Shown piece by piece: positions 53,621-64,000 of a stretch of DNA of 64,000 nucleotides. Location of the stretch: positions 17,174,001 to 17,238,000 of the forward strand of contig NC_045138.2 of assembly GCF_008831285.2 (NCBI RefSeq). The letters are read 5' to 3'. The notes under the pieces were generated by a model. That model did not search any database, was not told the origin of the DNA, and saw only the letters and a list, made by a program, of their open reading frames with translations. A program made the translations under genes and the position numbers. Every line of letters begins with the position of its first letter. Position 1 is the first letter of the stretch. The stretch is from Nymphaea colorata (taxonomy: Eukaryota).

Positions 53621-55965
53621 CTTCAACAAGTTGAGGTAACTTGAACTCAACTGGGTTATTAAATGTTCAAATTTGTATGCTGCCTCTTTGTTTAGAAAAT
53701 AAATTTTTTAATGAAATGATTGGTTTGGCTCATGACAATATTCGACAATCAAGCTGAATTCGAGTTTTAAGAACTCGCTCGAGCTATGTAACCAATCAGT
53801 TCACCACTAATTCAATAAACTGATCCGATTCAGGCATGTCCCGAACGAGAAATATCAAAACAAGGCTGGTTGGTTACAACTTAAAGCATAAAGCAAACGC
53901 AGTATTACTAAGCAAACGCAGTATTACTAAGCAAGCGTTTCAGCAGTTATTAGCTTTGCGAGAAAGAGTTGCAGTGCATGGCCTGGGTGGTTCATCTCCA
54001 ACGTGACGACACTGTGCACTTCTGCTACAAACTGTGCTAATAAACAAATTGTCCAAGACAAGACAACCAATGCCTAAAAAAGTAAAGCCTAAGGCTTAGA
54101 GGCTTGCCGAAGTGGGTACCGCCTGCCAGGCCTCGATAAATGGTTCGATAATATTTGATTATCCTTGTCAATCAAGTATTGGATCCAAATCCAAGACAGG
54201 GTTTAACTAACTGGATCTGGGACCTGACAAGGATCTGAACCCAAATCGTACCCGTACTGGATTTGGCTTTAGAAACTCTCAAACTCATGCCCGAGTCCGG
54301 GTCTGACTTCAAATCTGATCAAGGCCCGGAGATCCGACTGGGTTCGATCTGGTAAGCAATGCATCCAATTCGGATCCGAAAGGTGTGAGGGAGTTTAGGT
54401 AATAAAATAGGAAGTTATAAGTAAAATGGTCATTTAACAATCGCATAGCGCAACCCCGCACGCGTGATAAATGTGGGGCGAAAATGACTCCCGCCAACTC
54501 CTCTGCGCTCCCCAAGTGAAGGGTCTGAAAAAATAAAATTTAAGCTCACCAAATTACCTAAATACCCTCAACAAATAAGCACAATTGTCTGAGATGAGGT
54601 CAGGTCAATTTAAAAAAAAAAGTTCATGACATTGTAGGACATGATTAAATAGAGAAACTTGAATGTTGATTTTAAATTTTTTTATATGTTCTTTTAATGC
54701 AACATATGCCATTTTTTCCCCCCCGAAAGTTTTCCACAAAAATTTAAAATTGACCAGATTTTATCTCAAAGGTTTTTCTAAGAAGGAGATTTTCACTGCG
54801 ATATGTTCAAAATTGTTGATAAATATAAAATAGTAAGAACTATTTCGGCATTTCGTATTACGGCAGCCAAAATTGAACCGGCTGACGAAAAATTATGTAT
54901 TTGGAAAGAAACGAGGCTAGTTTTGTAATTTCTGACTTTAACGGCTCAAGCATATCAAGGTGATTCAAGGATTCAAGCAATTCCGCTTTCCATTGTAATT
55001 CTATTCCTTGCTAAATAATGGTCCTTGTTCTTGGTGGCCGCCAGCCCTAGGAGTTGGTAATGGGGTTTGGTCTTCGAATCGAGCCAAACAGTTCAACCTT
55101 CGGCTTCTAATTCCCAGAAATGTACGTGAGACGGCGACCTTTGACATAGAAATTCTCTTACACAGTGGCTGAGAGCTCCATCTATTTATAATCAATGGGT
55201 GGCCTTGCATAGCAACCAAGTAAAACGTGACAAGCTGTTGCTAAGGACAAATTGTCCAAGACAACCAAGGATTTAGAATCCTTGTTAAGGATCATGGAGC
55301 TGACAAATCACATCGGATTTAAGATCCAAGAAAACCAATCAAACACTTTTTCAGGCGTGTTTGCTTTGTTGAAAAAAAATCATTTTAACCATGAATAACT
55401 TTTCCAAAGGAGGGTGTCCAATGCGTGTCTGGTTAACTTTTTTTAACTCGTGTTTGTATCAAATGGAGTTAACATCTTCTGTGACAGAAAGAGAAGTAGG
55501 GAAAAAGTACTCTAACATCCATAGGTGCGTTTGAATTCTGTGACATTCTTCACTTTCTAGTGATCAATTTTTTATAAAATAAACAATGGCCATCCTACAT
55601 GATGTTTCTACTTTCTAGTGTGGGTTACATGTGGGCCTATACTGATCCCCAAAAGTTATATATATATTATATATTTTTTTAGCAATTATTTTTCTTTATG
55701 CATTAGCACCCTTTAAAAATTTTAAAATTTATACATAATCCCCTGTAACCAGAATTTTTTAGCTCTACCTATGCCCTTCAAAACCACATGGTGTAGGTTC
55801 TTCGTTGCATTATTGGTTCATAGCGTCACTTAGGTTCTACTACCAGCATTAGTTGTAATTGTCACAACCAACACTTTAAGACGTTTTTTTGTTGTATGTC
55901 TTAATTTTTCTAATGAATATTGTTTTTTTGTTGTATGTCTTAATTTTTCTAATGAATATTGGGAG

Positions 55966-56126
55966 CAGGAATAGAGCCAAGATTTTTTTCAGGGGCAGGT
56001 CAAACGGGCCAAGACGATCGGCGGGTCGAGCCAAATTAAAAAAATTTGATTTTTTCAATATAAAAAAATTTCCTGTGCTTACCCGAGCCATGGCCCAGGC
56101 GGCCCCTCCCCCTCCCTCCGCCCCTG
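55966..56126. mobile_element. hAT-type MITE, same family as 27362-27580
   Basis: Perfect 8-bp TSD ATTGGGAG on both sides; ends CAGG...CTCCGCCCCTG. Confidence 0.88.
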
Positions 56127-56457
56127 ATTGGGAGTGACATGAACTTTTATTTTTAAAGTAATCTAAACTTTCTCCAAAGTAATACGGGTTTGGATCCATT
56201 TAAATATTTGAGTTTTTGAAAACCAGATCTAAACACAGCAAGGGGAAGATCCGACTTTCACATAATATCCGATAGGTTCTCAGACTCAGACTCAAATTAA
56301 GACTTAAATATCTGAACCCAATTCGAAATTGGATTCAACTTTCTCTCCGGGTATCACTTCATGTTGGCAATTGACTTCTACTGAGCCATTGACGTCTTTA
56401 CTCATAAAATAAAATAAATAAATAAATAAAGGCTAAAGAAAGACGCACCTACCAGGT

Positions 56458-57246
56458 GATCTCATACTTCGCTCGATTTATTAACAAAAAATTTTATATC
56501 ATCTAAAAATTCATATAGGATTCATCTCTCTCTGCATCTAGACAAGTAAGAAGGTAAGCGGTAAGAAGACGGCTACTGATGGGCGCCGGAGAAGAGAGAG
56601 AGATGAGAGAGGAGAGGAGAGGAAAGAGAAACGACTGTCGATGTGCACTAACGAAACACAGAACGAACGAAGACGGCCTTCGATTGACCCTTGCCTCCCG
56701 GGCTCGACGCCATCTTCTTGAGCAACGGTTTACATTTTGGAGCCTTACTTTTATTTAAGGCTCCCCGGTCTCGATATTTTCTGAGAAATCAAAGAGAGTA
56801 CCGCTTACCTTCTTACTTGTCTAGATGCAGAGAGAGATGAATCCTATATGAATTTCTCTGTCTCCCTCTCTCTTTCTCTTCTGCTCACACTGGGGAACCG
56901 TTCCTTCCTCTCCCTCACGTCTCTCCCTTACCGTTCCTTCTCTCTTTTAACTTCTTCTTTTGCTGAGACACCATTCTGAAACTTAGCTGACGTATCGCCC
57001 TTTGAGCTTCCCTTCACTTGAACTTCCTCTTCTTCTGCACAGACATCGTTCTGAAACTTAGCTCCCGTCTCTCCCTTTGGCCTTCCTTCTCTATTTAACT
57101 TCTTCTCTGTGACGTCCTTCCGAAACTCAGCTCCCTCTTCTCTCTATGTTCAAGTATTAATTTACATTTAGAATTAATGACAGTTTTTTCTGCTTTTTTA
57201 GATGATATAAAATTTTTTGTTAATAAATCGAGCGAAGTATGAGATC
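56458..57246. repeat. Nested perfect inverted repeats (52 bp and 57 bp)
   Basis: 56458-56509 is the reverse complement of 57195-57246; 56507-56563 is the reverse complement of 56799-56855. Confidence 0.92.
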
Positions 57247-58494
57247 AAAAAGGAAATTTTTTCTGCTCATCGAAAAGGAATTTTTTTTTTTTCGAGTTTC
57301 ACATATTTTCATATATTACGTTTCTTGCTCCTCGCCACTAAATTGTGGCATTTGGAGGTTCCTTTAATGAAAAGTGTGTGAGCACCATGGACTGTCTGAA
57401 ACAAATAGTCCAAAACTTTTTGTTAAGTAAACCAAAATCCTTATGGTCAACCGGATTGGCCCATTTTCACATGGTCATCCATTTTTTTTAGTTCATTTTT
57501 TAAAAATATTGTCATTAACTACCTTTTTACTAACGAGGCCCCAGAATTTGGCTGTCCGTTGGTACTCGGTCCAACTTGAGTCCGAACTAAAAAAAAAAAA
57601 GATATTTTTTATTAAATATATATAATATTTTATTATGATTAATTATATTTATATATTATTTTATATTAAAAATATATTTTTAAATTTAATCGTCCATACT
57701 CGAACTTGGGTTTTAATGGTCAGGTCAGGTCGACTTACTTTTTAATGTGAACGAAGGAAACAAATATTTAAAAATTTTCTAAGACACTTTCATCTTTTCC
57801 ATAACAACTCCCTCACGGGAACATCAAGTTAAATCCCCTCATTCTATCAAATGCACAATTCTATACGTTCTTACTTCATGATTTCTAGTTAATTACTCTC
57901 GTAGAAATAGAAATGAAGAAGAAAAGCGTGGATTGTTGTGGGTTGTTTGAGAGCAAGCTCATCCTTGGATAAATTTTACCATACCTTAGGTACTTATTTC
58001 CCTCGATTAAATATGGGCTGGTTTTTTTTTTTTTTTAAATGAAGTCATGGTTCTGTCATCCAACCTTTTTTAATGAAGTCATGGTTCTGTCATCCAACTC
58101 CCCGTACATTGAGGGGAAATTTATCCCAAATAAAATGGAATATTTTTCCGTCCAAATGTGATAAAGTGACTTTTTTTGACCAACGACTATACATCTTATA
58201 AGGACAAAGTTAAACTCCTTTTGAGGAAAAGAAGGTCCAAGAACATGCCTAGCGTTAGATGGTATTGAAAAAAATGCTTAAGTTTGATTTACTTTCATTT
58301 TATTATCAATTTGCATGTAAATTAAGCGGTTTAAATTGATACACAAAGCATATTCGAATCCGAGCGTGTTTTCATTACATCCTTACCAAGACGAATTTGT
58401 TTTCTAAAATTTTCTTTGTGACTCAATTCAAAACTGCATTTTTTCAAGTGAGCAAGTAGTTAATAATTTATTGTCTACAAAAGAGGCTTGAATG

Positions 58495-58957
58495 TAGGGG
58501 TGAACATGAGCTGAGTCGAGCTCGAGTTCAGTCAGCTCAAGCTCGGCTCGACTAACAAAACCTCGAGCTTAAGAATAGCTCGACGGAAGTTGCTCGAGCT
58601 CGACTCGATTAAGGCTCGACAAGTTCGTTTGAATGGAATTGATATTTATCGTTATGTGTTGAGCTTGAGCTCAACTTGATTATTGCTCGACAAATTCGTT
58701 TAAATAGAATTGATATTCATCGTTACGTGTTGAGCTCGAGCTCGACTCGATTAACACTCGACAAACTCGTAAACTCGTTTGAATATATCGACTTGATTAA
58801 GGATCAAACTCGACTCGGCAGTTAAGTATTGAACTTGAATTCAACTCGATTATTTGAACGAATCGACTCGTTAAGCAAATGACTCAGCTTCAACTCGTTT
58901 ATGAGTCAAGCTTTAACGAGTCGAGTTCGAGTAGCTTGACTCGTTTGTTCACCCTTA
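58495..58957. mobile_element. hAT-type MITE, GAGCTCGA-rich family
   Basis: TIRs TAGGGGTGAACA...TGTTCACCCTTA; TSD cttgaatg/ctggaatg. Confidence 0.88.
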
Positions 58958-61900
58958 CTGGAATGTTCCCTCATTCGCCTTACTTCCAGTTTCCTGTGAC
59001 CTGGTACATTACACCCATCAAAAAATATCAAGGTCCTATCATTTATAAAAATAACATCCACTGAAAAACTGACGATGTGTTTTTAAAGTGCCGTCTACTC
59101 TTTTAGGCATGGTAACCTCTTTGGGTTGCAAACTCTCTTTTTCAAAATGCATTTTCCTAAATATATATCTCGTTTTTGGGGTTGGGTACAGATCAAACCA
59201 TTGGATGGACGGCACATATAAATCGATCTTGTGATAGACGGCTCAGAAAGGGGCCCCTGTTGAAACAGAACAGCAGTCAGGCACAGAGTGGGGGAGAAAT
59301 TGTCCTCAGTATGGGTGTCCCTTAGGGGGTTACAGTAGGATAATTAATGACAGATGGGTAAGACACCTGACAATGAGTCCAGGAAAATTTGTCATAAGTA
59401 AACTGTACTATGCCTAAGCTGTTATATTCCACTTGTCCTCAAAGCTCAGATGGACTGACAACAAGACAATTTACACTCTGCAATAAATTGTCCTCCTTCC
59501 TTCATCATCCTCTCGCGAAAACCAAGACAATTTATTGCTCGTTCGAATTTCCAGCCATTTTGAAAATTTACCACTCTTCCTTATCACGCATACCCAACGG
59601 AGAGGGTCTTGTCAGATCTGATGCAAAATCACGTGATGCTTTATATTTAATTTCGAAAAATCAACATATATGTAAAATATAAAAGAATTAAATGAACTTA
59701 CGGATGCATGGTATTTAAAAAAAAAACTGTCTTGTATGGCGAAGTTGTTAATGTTATACATGGAGCATTTTTTTTTGCCTTTGAAATATATTTAACCTTG
59801 TATTACACTTTGAAAATCGCTTATATGGAGATTTTGAGAAGTTATTGACATTTTTCACTTTAATTTGCCGCATGCAAATTATAATAGATAGTTAGAAACA
59901 TTATCGTTTCATGCCTACTTCTTACTTATAATTTCGAAAAAAATAATATCTTTTGTGGTTTTGGTTTTTTAAATGAAAGCTTCGCTATTCATGAAAATAG
60001 CCAAATAAAAGCCTGGAATGAACTCATGCTAGCTTGAAAAATAAAAGAATAGATGTATTTTTTTTCTTTCACGAAATTACCTTCTATCTAACTTGCATCC
60101 TTATTATTTTTACTTTTTTTTGTGTTCCATGTTGACAAAAATTATTTTAGACTCTAAATTCCCCTTAAAAAGTTTTTTTTAATAAGCCAACGGTAAGCAA
60201 AAGCGTAATGTTATCTTGGGGAACCACATTCACCGTACTTTAACTTGTACATCAGTGGCACCGTGTTTATAATGCAACTAAGTTGACACCTTGAGAATTA
60301 GAAATGAAAGCTGACCACTTAGGATGATCTGAACTTCAGTCCAAATCCAAATGTGTATATGATACTACTCACTTCAAGTTAGGAAGATCCAAGTAAATAC
60401 AAACTAACAATGTTTCAGAAAAGATCCATGCATTACTGCAGATGCAATCAAGACAATGGATCCAACTTCCATCTGAACCTGAAAAACAAATGACGATGGA
60501 TGAATCTGAATTTGAACCCATACATGCTTTCGGATCTTCAGTTTGAAGTTTGTTACAAAAAACGCGTTTTATTAAAACAAAATGCGTATAAAACGTGGAA
60601 AACAAGTCGGCCGTATAAAATGTGAAAAAATGTATTACAAAAAAAGCACCAAAAAAACAAAAAACACGTAAACCCATATAATACCCACATTATACGTATT
60701 ATATGTGTTTTTTCTCATTTTTTCATATTTTTATTAAATTTTTTTATAATTTTTTAAGATTTATTAAATGTTTTAAATTTTTTAAAAATTCGCCGAGATT
60801 TTTCCGACATATATAAATTTACCGTATTATACCCAAGAAATTTCTCACCGTATAATACCCGTACACATTTTTGTGACAATGGACTTTGAACATATGCCTT
60901 AAGAAATACAATCTCAAATTTCTCTCATCTCGCCAAAGCCGATCGCTGGAGACTGAGATGAGCAAGAAAGGAATAAATGGGACTCGTCAAAAGTTACAGC
61001 AGAATTGATTAGAGAAAATAAAGAAACCCTAGAAAGAACATGACTTTGCAGAAGGTTGAGGGATCTGGTTGAACAAGAAAATAACAGCCCTTTTTCCTGC
61101 TCCCTCAATAAATACTTTTTAGATGTTTGTTTAATGTTTAATGTTCCTTTTCTCACTGGCTTTTAAAAAAAAAAATTTTTTTTCTGAACATCAGGGGCAC
61201 AAGATCAGATCCAGAACTACTTGAAAAGTTAAAAGAGCCCAAGAAGAGAACCTCTCTGTCTTTCTCTGCATGTGCTTGTGTTGATGGAATTGAATGCATT
61301 CACATTGGAATTGAATTGGGCGCCCCTGATTTTAGCTCATTGGGAGCTCTGCTCTACTGAAACGAGTGCTGGGCACATTTTAAAGTCCATTTCTGATGAT
61401 ATTTTCAAAATTTTAGCTCCACATATTTTTGTTTAGGGCTCAAAACTTAGAAATCGACTCTTAAATTGCTTTACTTTGACATGAAAAGAAGCTGCAAGAT
61501 TTTGAAGTTGTGATGTTGAAGCAATTTTTTTCTTTGAGCTGCTACCCAAATCAGATGGATCTTCTCATATATATGAAGAAATGACAAGAACCCTCATTTA
61601 GAACCCAATACATTTGAAAAATATAAGTTAGGTATTGATGAAGACACACTTTTTATACATTCGCCAAGCAATCACTAACATTATAGATCGCAATCTCATT
61701 AGATATAGCAAGCCAAGTAGCCAGGTTTTATTTAATTTCAAGGATAGTTTTCTTTGTGATTGAAAGTAAAATCTCAAAATCTAAGTTCATGATCTTATGA
61801 TCACTGTTTCATTATGCAACCAATCTACGTAGCATCGTCCTTATATTGGTCATTCAAATGCGGATCGCCTCATTAATTCAGTGACAAGGACATCTACCAA

Positions 61901-63596
61901 CTCATCATAATATAGATATATGTATATTTAAAAGCCGAAATTCACCATCTTGAGTTCCACGCTATGAGAGGTTGGGACTTATTTGCTCAAACTTGAATGA
62001 AAAAATATCAACATAAAATCGTGTTCTTTAAAAATGATTAAGCTGCTGAAACTTTTAATTTTTATGAAAACTTAATTTGCAAAAAAGCCAAGTTTTTGGG
62101 CCGAATATTCACAACCATGTTTGGTCTTTTTGAGAAAGAATAATTATGTATACGGAAATTAATCAGACTGCACTATACATATAGTAGAATATGTTATTTC
62201 GACAAGCACAAAAAAAAAATCCTTTTAATGTACATCATGAACCATATAACGTATAAAACATGACCCATCTATATAGAACGATATCATTTTTTTTTTCAAA
62301 CGGTCTTCTTCACATTTATAACTTTTATAATCAGAAGGCTCGAATGAACCTTTTATAACTACTGTTCATTATGCAACCAATCTACGTCAAAATGGTCTTC
62401 CAATCTTAGAAATGTTATACATTTTGATTATATATTCTCATGAGCTTGATATTATCTGTTTTATTTGTTATTACAATCAACTATTATATTTATGTATATT
62501 TATATGACAAGCAAAATTTTTTATTATGACCAAAAGGCCCCTCAACCATTTGGTGAAGTCCAGTAAATGATTGAATTGGTTAATTCTTAATGAACCGGAG
62601 CTAGTTGGATCAGGTTGAAGCTTTTCCTTTCTTATTCATCTTAGGTCCAAGTCAAATCTGAAGCTTATGAGCGGAGTTAGGATTCTTTTATATACAAGGG
62701 CAAAAAAATATAAATTTTTGAAATTTTTAGATATAATAAATGATTTTTTTTTTAAATTGACATGTAAACTTTTTTTTTTTTTTGAGAGGAGGCCAAAGCC
62801 CTTGCCGTAACCTGGCTTCACCCAATGCAGTGACGTACCTTATAGAATTGAAGAACATAGCATCCACAAAAATCAAATTGAAGACCCAGACTTTCGTACA
62901 CATCTCTGTCCAACCAACTAATCTATGCCTGCTTGATGCTTAAAATTAACACCGATTCAATTTCAATTGGGGATTTGATTATCGATTCGGTTTTCATATA
63001 GATATTTACTGACGGATACACATCGACATATGTTGACATATGAGCCGATACGCCACTAAATGGAAAACACAAAGAATTCAGTGCACAATTACGGATCCAG
63101 GATCCGATAAATGTCAAATGCACGTGCGAAGCTCTACCGGGCACGTGACAGAGACGATTCGAAGTGGCCAGTTGGATGTTGCCCGGTTTTGAGATCCCCA
63201 GGCTCAAAGTACAAGGTTTCGGGTCCCCCGCTTCAGGGTGGAGGAGGGGTGGGGACCCAATGGCCACCGCCGCTCACCGTCGCTACCATTCCATTACCAT
63301 CTCATCATCATCCTCGCGATGATAACCATCATCATCTTCATCGTATCATCGCCACCATCGTCATGTGCCGCCTTTGGGGAACGTGAGCGCCATGATCAGA
63401 CATCGTCATCGCCGAAATCACGCCATTTTCTCTAGTACGAGCGCTTCCTGACAAAGTTTCTCCGTCCAAATCTCGCAATCTTCCGATCATTACCTTCCTT
63501 CTTTCTTTCCCGTCTATTGGTCTCCGGTTGATGGGTTTTTGTCTCCCTAGAGATTCTAGAGAGAGGTTTTAGGAAGATATCAGGTAGGGGAGAGAG

Positions 63597-63908
63597 ATGC
63601 ATTGGCAGCAGAGGCTTAAGCGGCCGAGGGTGATCATCGTCTCATTGCTAGCCGTCTCTGTTCTGGCTCCTATATTGTTCTTGTCTCACAGAATCAACTA
63701 TTTCTCGAATTTTTCGGGTAAATTTGCGAACTCCCTTGTTCGTTTACTTATTTTGGATGGTCTGTCGAGGTGCCAATTTCCGTTTTCTGAAAAGAAGGGG
63801 AGAAGGCATCCAGATTTCTTACCTATAGCACATTGGTATCTTCTAACTGTGTTTGCTTTTCATCCATTTGAAGTGCGCAAGGAATTGGCTGAAGAGTTCA
63901 GCAATATC
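63597..63908 (+). CDS. Galacturonosyltransferase GAUT5/6-like, 5' end. Exons 63597-63717, 63874-63908; continues beyond the window.
   Basis: MHWQQRLKRPRVIIVSLLAVSVLAPILFLSHRI...|VRKELAEEFSNI: a type II membrane anchor resembling my recollection of the GAUT5/6 N-terminus (RILILSLLSISVFAPLIFVSNRL...RREFIEELS). The catalytic domain is not in the window. Confidence 0.75.
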
Positions 63909-64000
63909 GTAAGTGTCAAAAGGATTCAATTTCTTTTTTCTTTGATTGTTATTTGCTTTTGAAACGGAATGGATGTTAGTTTCTATGCTATTTATGTTCC

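Larger units (their letters stand above)
51379..54947. repeat. Large inverted repeat: arms 51379-52110 and 54037-54947 (right arm has a ~200-bp insertion), ~1.9-kb spacer
   Basis: Colinear reverse-complement match, e.g. aaagtgagaaattacaaaactagcctc vs gaggctagttttgtaatttctgacttt, and cacctttcggatccga vs tcggatccgaaaggtg. Confidence 0.93.

Noticed and set aside
55482..55497. TGACAGAAAGAGAAGT, miR156-like
   Set aside because: The 3' part diverges and no hairpin partner is present.
63111..63435. His-rich and Ile-rich ORFs upstream of the GAUT gene
   Set aside because: They derive from low-complexity (CAT)n/(CGC)n 5' UTR-like sequence; the homologous N-terminus starts at 63597.

Overview
Plant (angiosperm) nuclear DNA with spliced genes. 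Five protein-coding genes can be built on canonical GT-AG junctions. Four are on the minus strand: a zeta-toxin-type P-loop kinase of the calmodulin-dependent NAD kinase family (3'-truncated by the window start), prefoldin subunit 4, a DRIP/BMI1-type RING E3 ligase and an MRS2 magnesium transporter. The fifth is the 5' end of a GAUT5/6-like galacturonosyltransferase on the plus strand. The most notable signal is non-coding: 10.2-13.8 kb on the minus strand holds four miR482/miR2118-family hairpins, apparently in one spliced polycistronic transcript. Each predicted ~22-nt miRNA is complementary to a different NB-ARC P-loop codon variant, all four share a lower-stem motif, and one sits in a ~445-nt fold-back with a palindromic element at its apex. 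Also present: an inverted duplication of the MRS2 promoter whose copy has an altered TATA, an element with perfect nested inverted repeats, a TRIM mini-retrotransposon, a decayed Copia in a DRIP intron, several hAT-type MITEs and tandem repeats. All calls come from reading the sequence by eye; no searches or folding programs were run.
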